Positions 23,854 through 32,925 of a stretch of DNA of 64,000 nt are shown one piece after another. Both the position numbers and the translations under genes were made by a program. The stretch comes from Bdellovibrionales bacterium (GTDB lineage Bacteria; Bdellovibrionota; Bdellovibrionia; Bdellovibrionales; UBA1609): positions 130,187-194,186 of the forward strand of contig JBGSNU010000025.1 in the NCBI GenBank assembly GCA_041739415.1, read 5' to 3'. Below the pieces are notes generated by a model. The model ran no database searches. It was not told the origin of the DNA and saw only the letters and a program-made list of their open reading frames with translations. Position 1 is the first letter of the stretch; every line of letters begins with the position of its first letter.

Positions 23854-25504
23854 CATTTTTCAAACTTGGCCCACAATCAAGGCGTTAAGGCGGCAAAATC
23901 CTGCAGCGGAAGTGCATATTCTGGTGCGGGAGCGCTTTGCTTCAGCCATGGTGGGCCTTGAGGGTGTGCATGTGCATGTGCTCCCCACGGCTCAAATCCT
24001 AGGCCCGGTCCTCGCCAGCGGTGACACCGATGCAGCTCTCGCGCAGATGCAGCAAGTGATGGCTTCGCTTCGATTGACACCGTTCTCGCAGATCATAAAT
24101 CTTTCGTTTTCACCGCTCTCGAGCTATCTCACAGAGGCTTTAGCGGAGGAGACCACCAAGATCTCGGGATACACCAGGCACAGCGATGGCTATTTGGCGA
24201 TTCCCGATGAAACCAGTGCTTATTTTTATGCTCAAGTGGGTGTGGGCCGGTTCAATCGCTACCATGTGACCGAATTGTTTGCAGCCGTAGCTGGGGTGGA
24301 GTTGGCTGTCTCCGACTTCTCGATGGAGCGACCAATTCATACGGCCCGTCAGGGTGTGGTGGTGCATCTCGGAGCAAGTCAGCAGAGCAAGGCTTATCCA
24401 CCTGAAATGTGGATCGATGTTTTATGTCAACTGTTGAAACAAGCACCAGATCTGCGAATCACGCTCATCGGTAGTCTTGAGGACAGAGCTTTGGCCGCAA
24501 CCGTGTGTCGACAAGTGAACAACTCCATGTTGAAAAATCTAGTGGGGGAGACCCAGCTGCAAGAGCTGTTTGAGGTGATTGGACAGTCGCGCTTACTAAT
24601 AGGTGCTGACAGTGCACCAGTTCACATAGCAAGTTTAGTGCAAACTCCAGTTTTGAATCTCTCGTGTGCACAGGTCAATTTTTGGGAGACGGGCCCCTGC
24701 TCGGCGGATAGCCGCGTGCTGTATGCCGACGATCTTTCAGAAATTTCACCCAGTTGTGTGGCAGAAGAGACAGCTTGGATTTTAGCAGAGCAACCGTTGA
24801 CACAGGCGATCGCTCACCGCATGAAAACGCTCGTGCCTTACAGTGTGCATCAGCAGTTCAACGACGAATTCGAATGGCAGTTGATTCAGGCGCTGTATGT
24901 GAGCGGGGATTATCCCCAGCTGCAAACATCTGCAGATCAGTTGGCCATTCGACGACTGCATGAACTGACCGAGATGGCTCTCGAAGTTATGGCCCAGTGG
25001 CATGTGAAGGACGCGCGGGCGAGACACACTCAGACATTGGATCAAGTGGATACGCTCATCTTGCAAGTTGGCCACTGCGCTCCGGCGCTGCAGCCGTTGC
25101 TCGAATGGTTTCAGACGCAGCGGCTACGGCTCGGACCTGCGACACCTGAGCAAACACTCGAGAAAACTCAGCAGATATTCAACGAATTCAGTTTGATCAC
25201 ATCAATCTATTTGCCGGCAGAGAATCAAGCGGAGCTTTTACAAACGGCAATCAACCTTTGTTTAGAGTGTTCGGTTGAGTTGCGTGAGTACAACTTTGCT
25301 AAAATTGAGTCGCACTTTAACACTCTTGTGTCTTCGATTCACCAGTTGGCGAGCAGCTCGACCAATGTCCAACCCGAGAGTTCGTGGACAAAAGTTCTTG
25401 AGGGATTTAAACACAATATGGAGCAGCAAGATTACATTGCTCTCGCCGATTGCCTTGAATGGGAGTTGGCACCGTCACTTGAAGAGCGTGTACGGACGGG
25501 TTAA
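23816..25504 (+). CDS. second GT9-family glycosyltransferase with ~200-aa C-terminal helical extension
   Basis: N-terminal MRILVLQLARFGDIFQTWPTIKALRRQNP, motif LLIGADSAPVHIASL, 562 aa. Confidence 0.7.
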   Translation: MRILVLQLARFGDIFQTWPTIKALRRQNPAAEVHILVRERFASAMVGLEGVHVHVLPTAQILGPVLASGDTDAALAQMQQVMASLRLTPFSQIINLSFSPLSSYLTEALAEETTKISGYTRHSDGYLAIPDETSAYFYAQVGVGRFNRYHVTELFAAVAGVELAVSDFSMERPIHTARQGVVVHLGASQQSKAYPPEMWIDVLCQLLKQAPDLRITLIGSLEDRALAATVCRQVNNSMLKNLVGETQLQELFEVIGQSRLLIGADSAPVHIASLVQTPVLNLSCAQVNFWETGPCSADSRVLYADDLSEISPSCVAEETAWILAEQPLTQAIAHRMKTLVPYSVHQQFNDEFEWQLIQALYVSGDYPQLQTSADQLAIRRLHELTEMALEVMAQWHVKDARARHTQTLDQVDTLILQVGHCAPALQPLLEWFQTQRLRLGPATPEQTLEKTQQIFNEFSLITSIYLPAENQAELLQTAINLCLECSVELREYNFAKIESHFNTLVSSIHQLASSSTNVQPESSWTKVLEGFKHNMEQQDYIALADCLEWELAPSLEERVRTG

Positions 25505-25513
25505 CCTAAAGCG

Positions 25514-27415
25514 GTGCAACCGCAAGCTGTTCAACTTTTATCCCGGCGGATTCAAAACCCACCTCCCTGGTGGGAGAATCTTAAATTGGCCAGTGTCGAG
25601 GCGTTGCCAGGTGCACACTGGCTTGTTGGCTCCCAACTTCATCCGCAAGCCTCAGTGATCGTGGTACCCAGAGCCGAATTCGTAGACATGCGGCGAGAGG
25701 AATTTTCGCAGTCAAAGTCCTATGTCATTGTGGACGCGGCTTGGACCCCGCAATCGATCAAGCGAGCTTTAAGCTTTGTGCGCGGCGCTTTGCTTATGGA
25801 CTCAAGTCTAGACAACTCCGAACACCTGAAGGTTCTGCAAGTGGCTTTGGCTCGACAACATGAGCGAGAGCAGTACAGCGCCATGATGCAAGAGATGCGA
25901 ACTCAGAATAAACGTATTTTAGAGATGAACACCCAACTCGAGCAATTGGTGCTCGAGCGGACCAATACGGCGGGCGATAGTCGCAAAGCCAGTCAGCGAA
26001 ATGTCGCCCAAGTTCGAAGAATCATCGGCTTTATCAAGGAGATATCTAGCGTTCTGGAAATCAGAGATATGCTCCCCGTGATTCGTCGGGCCGTGAAAGA
26101 GTACCATCAGCTGCAGCCGCCGATTTTATTTGTGCCACATGGTGAGGGCTTCGGTGATTTTTACTATCTGCGTGGATCGCAAGTCATTCGTGCCAACAAA
26201 CGGGGCCGATGGGAATCGTCCCCTCGGATTCGAATCAACGATCCCGTCGATAGGCATTTTTTAGCGGATGCGCTCGGTCGACCCTTTGGCAAAGTTCTGC
26301 GTTTTCCGCTCCTGACGGGTCGGCACAAAATGGAGCCCGCACGCTCGCCCCTCTTGTTCTTTGAATTTGACCTCGGCGTTCATGCGATGGAAGAGCTCGT
26401 GTCGACTTTGAGTGAAACTCTGCAACCGGTGAGTTGGGCGCTCGACCGCTTGGTGTTGGAGCAAGAGTTAAAAAGCACGTCTCGCGATTGGGAGATGACC
26501 TTTGATGGGCTCTCTGAGCCGATTGCGATTCTAGATAAAGCGGGTAATATTTTGCGGGCGAATACCCATTGGCCAAAGGAATTCACGCAAGAGCTGCCGC
26601 CAGAAGGTGAGCAATTGCGGGTGCTCGATCAGCTGTTTGTAGTCGAGAAGTACCCCATTCAAATGGAACTGCAATTGGAGCCGATCTCATGGGTTGTTTA
26701 CTTACGTGATGAAACACGTTCGCAAAAACTCAAGAGCCATTCGGTGCATGTCGAGAAAATGTCGGCCATCGGTCAGCTGGCCGGTCACATTGCGCACGAG
26801 CTCAACAATCCACTCACTGGAATTCGCTCACTCACCCAAGTGCTGTTGACAGAAACCGCAGGGCAATTGCAGCAAGATCTAACCGAAGTGGAGAGAGCTG
26901 CGGGACGCTGCCAATCGATTATCACCAATCTGCTTGAATTCTCTAAAGGGGATTTGGATCACAAAGTGCAGGTTGTGGATTTGAACGAAATCACCATGCG
27001 GACTCTACCTTTTTTGAAATCTGCGACAGGGCGCTTTCGCAATGACATTCGACTGACCTCGCAGGAGCTGTGGGTTAAGGTCGAGCCCCAGCTCATGCAG
27101 CAGGTGATTTTTAATCTCATCAACAATGCGTGCCAAGCGATGTCTGAAGTTGGAGAACTGGTGGTGCAAACCGAGCAAACGGCAAAATGGGCCGTGCTCG
27201 AAGTCCGCGACACCGGCCCGGGTATTGACCGAGCCCTGCGGGAGAAAATATTTGAACCGTTTTTTACAACAAAAGTAGACGGTGAGGGCACTGGCTTGGG
27301 GCTGAGTCTGAGTCGAGATTTTGTGCGACAGTTTGGCGGAGAGCTCGAGTGTGAGAGCGAGCTGGGAATGGGCTCAGTCTTTCGAGTGCGTTTGCCGTTG
27401 GGAGTTGAGGCATGA
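25514..27415 (+). CDS. cytoplasmic sensor histidine kinase (coiled-coil + PAS-like + HisKA + HATPase)
   Basis: H-box GHIAHELNNPLTGI, N-box FNLINNACQA, and G-boxes RDTGPGI and GTGLGLSLS. A PAS-like segment is DWEMTFDGLSEPIAILDKAGNILRAN. No TM helix is seen. Confidence 0.85.
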   Translation: MQPQAVQLLSRRIQNPPPWWENLKLASVEALPGAHWLVGSQLHPQASVIVVPRAEFVDMRREEFSQSKSYVIVDAAWTPQSIKRALSFVRGALLMDSSLDNSEHLKVLQVALARQHEREQYSAMMQEMRTQNKRILEMNTQLEQLVLERTNTAGDSRKASQRNVAQVRRIIGFIKEISSVLEIRDMLPVIRRAVKEYHQLQPPILFVPHGEGFGDFYYLRGSQVIRANKRGRWESSPRIRINDPVDRHFLADALGRPFGKVLRFPLLTGRHKMEPARSPLLFFEFDLGVHAMEELVSTLSETLQPVSWALDRLVLEQELKSTSRDWEMTFDGLSEPIAILDKAGNILRANTHWPKEFTQELPPEGEQLRVLDQLFVVEKYPIQMELQLEPISWVVYLRDETRSQKLKSHSVHVEKMSAIGQLAGHIAHELNNPLTGIRSLTQVLLTETAGQLQQDLTEVERAAGRCQSIITNLLEFSKGDLDHKVQVVDLNEITMRTLPFLKSATGRFRNDIRLTSQELWVKVEPQLMQQVIFNLINNACQAMSEVGELVVQTEQTAKWAVLEVRDTGPGIDRALREKIFEPFFTTKVDGEGTGLGLSLSRDFVRQFGGELECESELGMGSVFRVRLPLGVEA

Positions 27416-27777
27416 AGATTTTGGTCGTTGATGATGAACCGTTGGTTCGATTGTCCTTGCGGCGTTCGTTAGAAAAGTCGGGTCACGATGTTCGAGTGGC
27501 TGAAGATGGCCAGTTCGGCCGCGAGATCTGGGACTCCTGGATGCCAGATTTGGTGTATCTAGATGTCTTAATGCCCAGGCTGTCTGGTCCAGATCTTCTC
27601 AAATTGCAGCGTGGGCACACGGCCGCATCCGGCAAAGTGATCTTGATGAGCGCTTTCACCGGTGAATATGATTTGAACAAGGCAAAGGCGTTGGGCGCCG
27701 ACCTGTTTGTGCTCAAACCCTTTGAAGATATTTTTGCTATTGTGAAGATGGGTGAGGATTTGGTGCATGCCCAATAA
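27412..27777 (+). CDS. single-domain (CheY-like) response regulator
   Basis: MKILVVDDEPL, phospho-acceptor context DLVYLDVLMP and FVLKPF. 121 aa with no output domain. ATGA overlap with the kinase gene. Confidence 0.85.
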   Translation: MKILVVDDEPLVRLSLRRSLEKSGHDVRVAEDGQFGREIWDSWMPDLVYLDVLMPRLSGPDLLKLQRGHTAASGKVILMSAFTGEYDLNKAKALGADLFVLKPFEDIFAIVKMGEDLVHAQ

Positions 27778-28132
27778 ATCGAATGGTCGCGCCATTAAAG
27801 TCAAAGTGAAACCCTATCCGTTTTCTGGCGAGCTTGAGCAAGCGGGGGCCAAATCGTCTATAAATATTCTTTATGTGTCCACTTTAGGTTTCGTAGCGGG
27901 TTTGGGCAGTCAGTTTGTCAAAGTCGGTGATCGCTATATGGTCTCATTCGTTTTGCCGACATTTGACCAAAGCATAATGTGCTCAGTTCGCGTGGTAAAA
28001 ACATATGACCGTTCACTTGAGAACTCGGCCCAAAAAGTAGAACGCATGGGCGAATTTCATTTTGAAAAATTGACCGATGAGCACAAGGCTCGTATTGTGT
28101 CGTTTATGGCGGCTATCGGCCAAACTAAGTGA
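27767..28132 (+). CDS. PilZ-like small beta-barrel protein with degenerate c-di-GMP motifs (tentative)
   Basis: The layout resembles PilZ: YVSTLGF sits where (D/N)xSxxG is expected, and the ending is VVKTYD...FHFEKLTDEHKARIVSFM. The RxxxR motif is not intact (GRAIKV). Start ATG 27767 lies 8 nt after TGAGGA. Confidence 0.35.
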   Translation: MPNKSNGRAIKVKVKPYPFSGELEQAGAKSSINILYVSTLGFVAGLGSQFVKVGDRYMVSFVLPTFDQSIMCSVRVVKTYDRSLENSAQKVERMGEFHFEKLTDEHKARIVSFMAAIGQTK

Positions 28133-28147
28133 GAAAATGGCCAACGT

Positions 28148-28696
28148 ATGCGAATCATTTCCGGAAAATTTAAAGGACGACGACTGGTCGAATTTGAGGC
28201 CGAAAATATTCGGCCCACTACAGATCGAGTCAAAGAAACGCTGTTTAACAAACTGATGGGTCGAATCGATGAGGCGCGCGTGCTGGATTTATTTTCTGGC
28301 ACCGGCAATCTCGCCATCGAATGTCTCTCTCGAGGCGCCCGCTGGGTGGATTTGGTTGAGAACCATAAAAAGAGTCTCGCGATCATCCGTGAAAATCTGC
28401 AGCTGCTCAAGCTCAATGACGGCTATAAGGTGCACGCGGTGGATGCGTTTAAGTACATTGAGGTGGGCGTGAGTGAGCCTTATGAGATCGTCTTGGCAGA
28501 CCCGCCCTTCACCAAAGCGTTGGCGCACGACCTCTGCACACAGATTGGCCGTAGCAATTTGTTAGGGCCAGAATCCATTTTTGTGATTGAATCCAGTGCA
28601 AAAGAGCGAGTGGATGAAGCCTACCCGGGGTTAAATCGCTTGGACAAAAGAGAGTTTGGTGATAAGTTTCTGCACTTCTTTCAGCAAGGAATCTGA
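28148..28696 (+). CDS. rsmD: 16S rRNA (guanine966-N2)-methyltransferase RsmD
   Basis: MRIISGKFKGRRL, RPTTDRVKETLFN, LDLFSGTGNLAIE and ADPPF. Confidence 0.85.
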   Translation: MRIISGKFKGRRLVEFEAENIRPTTDRVKETLFNKLMGRIDEARVLDLFSGTGNLAIECLSRGARWVDLVENHKKSLAIIRENLQLLKLNDGYKVHAVDAFKYIEVGVSEPYEIVLADPPFTKALAHDLCTQIGRSNLLGPESIFVIESSAKERVDEAYPGLNRLDKREFGDKFLHFFQQGI

Positions 28697-28698
28697 CC

Positions 28699-29175
28699 AT
28701 GGTAAAGGCGATTTATCCAGGTAGTTTCGACCCAGTGACCTTGGGTCATATGGATATCATCCGTCGCCTTTCGCCGCTATTTGATGAGTTTACGGTTGTT
28801 GTCGCCAACTCGAGCACTAAAAACTATCTCTTCTCACCGGAGCAGCGGCTTGAGTTGATCCGCGAGAACATCAAAGACCTCAAGGGTGTAACTCTGGATG
28901 TGTGCGAGGGACTGATTGCCGAGTACGCCGAGAAAGTCGGCGCGCGTGTGATTGTGCGCGGCCTTCGGGCTGTTGCTGATTTTGAACATGAGTTTGCCAT
29001 TTCTGGAGTGAATCGAACACTCAATCCGCAAGCTGAAACCATGCTTGTTTTTACCAATCCCGCCTACAGCTTTGTTGCTTCACGACTTGTAAAAGAAGTG
29101 GCACAGCATGGGGGAGAGTTGAGTCAATTGGTGCCCGCGAACGTGGCTGCCGCTTTAGTGAAGGAGCTGAGTTGA
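28699..29175 (+). CDS. coaD: phosphopantetheine adenylyltransferase
   Basis: AIYPGSFDPVTLGHMDII and the typical 158-aa length. Confidence 0.9.
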   Translation: MVKAIYPGSFDPVTLGHMDIIRRLSPLFDEFTVVVANSSTKNYLFSPEQRLELIRENIKDLKGVTLDVCEGLIAEYAEKVGARVIVRGLRAVADFEHEFAISGVNRTLNPQAETMLVFTNPAYSFVASRLVKEVAQHGGELSQLVPANVAAALVKELS

Positions 29176-30374
29176 TGCTGTCACGTAAAGGTCAAAGTTT
29201 AAAGCCTTCTCCCACTCTCGCCATTGCCGCCAAGGCCAAGGAACTGCAAGCGCAGGGGTTTAGTGTGATTTCACTCTCTGTGGGCGAGCCGGATTGGGAT
29301 ACTTTTCCCCACATCAAATCCGCGGGGATAGAAGCCATTCAGGCTGGACAGACAAAGTACGCTCCCAGCAATGGCACCCCGCAACTCCGCGCCGCAATTG
29401 CCAGTCAAACTCAAGCGTTCTTGGGCGTGGACTACAAGCCCAATGATGTGACTGTGTCGACGGGGGCAAAGTTTATTTTGTATTCGGCGTTGCAGATGCT
29501 GTGTGATCCGGGCGATGAGGTTTTGATTCCAGCTCCGTACTGGGTGAGTTATCCCACAATGGTCGAGCTGGTGGATGGAATTCCTGTCATCGTGGCCGCC
29601 GACGAGTCCAGCGAATTCAAAGTTCAAGCTTCGATCTTACAAAAGCACATCACGCCAAAGACAAAAATCTTGCTACTCAACAGCCCGAGTAATCCTACAG
29701 GACAAGTTTACACTCGGACTGAGCTGAAAGAAATCGCCGAAGTGCTTCGACAAAATCCAAAAATAGTTGTGATCAGTGATGATATTTACAATCAATTGGT
29801 ATTTACCGGCGATTCGATTGCGCCACACCTTTTGGAAGTGGCGCCGGATTTGAAAAACCGAGTTGTTGTGGTCAACGGAGTTTCAAAGACCTACTCCATG
29901 ACGGGTTGGCGTTTGGGTTGGGCGGTTGGACCTGAGCCTGTGATAAAGGCAATGTCCAATTATCAAAGCCAAACCACCAGTTGTGCCAGTCCCTTTACGC
30001 AAGCGGCCGCTCTGGCTGCGCTCCAAGGTGGCGACGCTGAGATCCTCCAGCACAACAAACAGCTCATCGCTCGGCGCGACCTCTTGGTCGAGGGCCTTAA
30101 CCATATCGCGGGCTGGAGGTCTGGTTTTCCACAAGGGGCCTTCTATGTGTGGGCCGATATTCGCGCATTGTTTGGAAAGAAATGGCATGGAAAGTTGATC
30201 CAAACATCTGGCGATGTGGCAACGGCCCTACTCGAGAGTCAAAAAGTGGCCGTCGTACCTGGGGGCGAAAGTGGCCTTGAGGGCTATTTGCGCTTGAGCT
30301 TTGCACTCGGCGAGTCTGATCTCCATGAGGCTATCAAGCGCATTCAAGCCTTTACCTTTGAGCTCGCCGAATAG
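29175..30374 (+). CDS. class I pyridoxal-phosphate aminotransferase (aspartate aminotransferase-like)
   Basis: NSPSNPTG and SKTYSMTGWRLGW (PLP lysine). ATG at 29175 overlaps the coaD stop, and AAGGAG lies 8 nt upstream. Confidence 0.85.
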   Translation: MLSRKGQSLKPSPTLAIAAKAKELQAQGFSVISLSVGEPDWDTFPHIKSAGIEAIQAGQTKYAPSNGTPQLRAAIASQTQAFLGVDYKPNDVTVSTGAKFILYSALQMLCDPGDEVLIPAPYWVSYPTMVELVDGIPVIVAADESSEFKVQASILQKHITPKTKILLLNSPSNPTGQVYTRTELKEIAEVLRQNPKIVVISDDIYNQLVFTGDSIAPHLLEVAPDLKNRVVVVNGVSKTYSMTGWRLGWAVGPEPVIKAMSNYQSQTTSCASPFTQAAALAALQGGDAEILQHNKQLIARRDLLVEGLNHIAGWRSGFPQGAFYVWADIRALFGKKWHGKLIQTSGDVATALLESQKVAVVPGGESGLEGYLRLSFALGESDLHEAIKRIQAFTFELAE

Positions 30375-30417
30375 ACTTTGGTCGTCTTGTGTCGCCTCCC
30401 TTAAGTCCGTAAAATAA

Positions 30418-31239
30418 ATGTTGAGGCCATTCTCCATGCAGGAGTTGGTCGGCAACGAGGGGGCTCTGGTGTCTATCTGGACTTTGTCTCAGGTGTTGAT
30501 AAATTTAATTTTTGCTGCCGGCTTTTTTGCGATGTGGTGGCGACTGAAGCGTCCCCCTCAAGATGATCCGCGTCTAAGTCGTGGCTTACAATTGCTCCAG
30601 ACAAAAATTACCGTGCTGGAGGATTTATCTGACCGCACCGAGGCCCAAGTGAAACAACTGAGCGGTCTGCTCGATCACAAAACGCGAATCGTGCAAAATA
30701 AAATTCTCGAAGCTGAACAGCAAATGCTGAAGATTGATCATTCCATGCACAAAAGCCTCGAGGTGGCTGAGATTTTTCAAGATAAAATTCCGCACCACGA
30801 AATTTTAGAACGGCAGCGCACGGCTGAATATGTGAAGGCCGCTCGCATGGCCCACTCCGGTCTCAGTGTGGATGCAATTGCCGAGAGTGTTCACCTGCCC
30901 CGAGAGCAAATTGAGCTGATCGCAAAATTTAATCGCGACCAATTGATGTTCGATGAGTCGGCCTTGCCCGCTTGGGCCAATCGCCCAACTGCAGAGTCAT
31001 CACCTCCAGTTGAGTCACCTGCTGGAGCACACCACGGAATGCTCAGTAGTTTGGATTTTTCAGATCAGCTCGAATCCACTAAGCCGGATATGACCCAAGT
31101 GACTAAAATTGAGGATGAGTTCAAACTTGCAGTACAAAGAGCCAAAGCCCAAGCCAACCCCCTGGTTCAGGCCCAAGAAGCTCAGTCTAAGCCCGTTGTG
31201 CGCAAAGTGATTTTTCCGAAGATTGAAAAGACGCAGTAG
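30418..31239 (+). CDS. hypothetical membrane-anchored coiled-coil protein (DUF2802-like C-terminal HTH-like segment, tentative)
   Basis: One TM helix (VLINLIFAAGFFAMWW), a coiled coil, then AARMAHSGLSVDAIAESVHLPREQIELIAKF. Confidence 0.5.
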   Translation: MLRPFSMQELVGNEGALVSIWTLSQVLINLIFAAGFFAMWWRLKRPPQDDPRLSRGLQLLQTKITVLEDLSDRTEAQVKQLSGLLDHKTRIVQNKILEAEQQMLKIDHSMHKSLEVAEIFQDKIPHHEILERQRTAEYVKAARMAHSGLSVDAIAESVHLPREQIELIAKFNRDQLMFDESALPAWANRPTAESSPPVESPAGAHHGMLSSLDFSDQLESTKPDMTQVTKIEDEFKLAVQRAKAQANPLVQAQEAQSKPVVRKVIFPKIEKTQ

Positions 31240-31242
31240 AAA

Positions 31243-31752
31243 TTATCTGGCGGAGTCTTTTATGAATCGACTCATATAGTAGCGCACTAAATAATCCAAA
31301 TTTATCGCATGATCGTTGTAGGTCCAGATAAGTTGACCAAAGGCGCCCCAGGTGGCTTTTAGGGCGTCGGACGGACCTGTTTCTTCTGACTTTGCCCCAG
31401 GTACATAGTTTGCGCCACTGCTGGAGTAGGAGACCGTCACCAAGCCGGGTTGTCGCAAACTAAAAATCAGTTTGTACCCATGGCGGAACAACATGAAGTC
31501 CGCCTGGGTTTTTGAAATGCCATAAATACGAACTTGCCCGAGGGTTGAGCCTTTGAGCTGATTGAAAGCCGCCGCCGCCTCAACAAAGGCGGCCTTGAGA
31601 TCACTGATAAAGTCGATGGTGGCTTCGTCAACTTGACGTTGCGGGTTGAACCCAGCCTCCATATCGACAACTCCAGCCTCTTCCATCTGTTGCTCGGCCA
31701 GGACCAGCTCTTTGATCCAATTGAGTTTTTCCATGGAATCTCCCCTCGACAC
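31243..31752 (-). CDS. hypothetical protein
   Basis: ORF directly downstream of ssb on the same strand. No recognisable motif. Confidence 0.5.
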   Translation of the reverse strand: MSRGDSMEKLNWIKELVLAEQQMEEAGVVDMEAGFNPQRQVDEATIDFISDLKAAFVEAAAAFNQLKGSTLGQVRIYGISKTQADFMLFRHGYKLIFSLRQPGLVTVSYSSSGANYVPGAKSEETGPSDALKATWGAFGQLIWTYNDHAINLDYLVRYYMSRFIKDSAR

Positions 31753-31760
31753 GCGCCACC

Positions 31761-32168
31761 TTAAGCAGGATGCGCCACAGCATTATGATTTCTTGCTGCT
31801 CCCGGATTGTCAAGACTCTCAGCTATCTTGGCTGAAGCGTTTCGCCCGGGGGAGTTGAGGAACTTTACTTCTCCCGCTTGAATGGCGGTGAAGAACTCAT
31901 TTTCTTGCGCGCCCTGCCAATGGGTGAGTGAACCCTCCACAAACACCAGTGCTCCTTTGCGTAAATGTAGAGCACATCGTTCGGCGGTATTGCCCCAGGT
32001 GAAGACAGAGTGCCACTCGGTTTTCTCCTCCCTCTTGTCCTCGGCACTCATCCAGCTGGTGCTTGTTGCCAAACGCAGCCGGCAATAGGGCTTGCCGGTC
32101 GACGAGACCTTGAGCTCTGGGTCTTGTCCCAAGTTCCCCATGAGAAATATTTTGTTTAAGCTTCGCAT
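31761..32168 (-). CDS. ssb: single-stranded DNA-binding protein (short, lacking canonical acidic tip)
   Basis: OB-fold pattern NKIFLMGNLGQDPELK...KTEWHSVFTWGNTAE...KGALVFVEGSL. The C-terminus is ...ARNHNAVAHPA rather than an acidic D-D-(I/L)-P-F type tip. Confidence 0.8.
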   Translation of the reverse strand: MRSLNKIFLMGNLGQDPELKVSSTGKPYCRLRLATSTSWMSAEDKREEKTEWHSVFTWGNTAERCALHLRKGALVFVEGSLTHWQGAQENEFFTAIQAGEVKFLNSPGRNASAKIAESLDNPGAARNHNAVAHPA

Positions 32169-32412
32169 TTTGACCTCCTAAAGGATTGTTTGCGGAGCGA
32201 ATGGTGCAAAGTGCCCACCTGTACCAATGAAACCTCAAAGCGCGGGGACCCAGGCTCCCGTCCGAGAATCACATGTTGCTAAGCACCAAGCATAGACAAA
32301 CGTTGATGAATTCTTAAAAACTGTGGTCTGTTTCAAATTCCGTTTGCAGATGATCGGTTGCAGTCGGATTTCAATAAGCGAAATACGATCCACTATCCGA
32401 AGGAGAATCATC

Positions 32413-32925
32413 ATGATCAATCGCGCCACCTTGTTTGTCCTAGCAGCAACCCTGATGCTGAGTGTTTCATGCGCCAGCAAAAAGAAAGCCGTTGAGCCTG
32501 TTGGCGGAGCTGAAGGCGGAAACATGGATGCCAATATCTCCAGCCAAGGCATCGGCGATGATTCCCCCGGCAGCGATAGCGGTAAAATTGTAGGGTTGAG
32601 CTCAATCAATTTTGATTACGACTCTTCCACATTGAGCAGTGAGTCTCGCCGTCAGTTGGCGGATAATGCTCAGTGGATCAAGTCCAATGCCAACACCACA
32701 GTGCAGATCGAAGGCCATTGCGACAATCGCGGTTCGGTTGAGTACAATTTGGCTTTGGGTGAGCGTCGGGCAAAGTCGGTCAAGACGTACCTCATGGGCC
32801 TTGGAATTGAATCCAAACGATTAACCATTATTAGCTATGGTGAAGAGAAGCCGCTTGTCGCGGGAGATTCAGAAGATGCGTACTCAAAAAACCGTCGAGC
32901 CAATTTTGTTCCGTTGGGCAACTAG
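32413..32925 (+). CDS. pal: peptidoglycan-associated lipoprotein Pal (OmpA-like)
   Basis: Start ATG 32413 follows AGGAG. Lipobox is LMLSVSC. The OmpA-like domain contains INFDYDSSTL...IEGHCDNRGSVEYNLALGERRA...NRRANFV. Confidence 0.85.
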   Translation: MINRATLFVLAATLMLSVSCASKKKAVEPVGGAEGGNMDANISSQGIGDDSPGSDSGKIVGLSSINFDYDSSTLSSESRRQLADNAQWIKSNANTTVQIEGHCDNRGSVEYNLALGERRAKSVKTYLMGLGIESKRLTIISYGEEKPLVAGDSEDAYSKNRRANFVPLGN

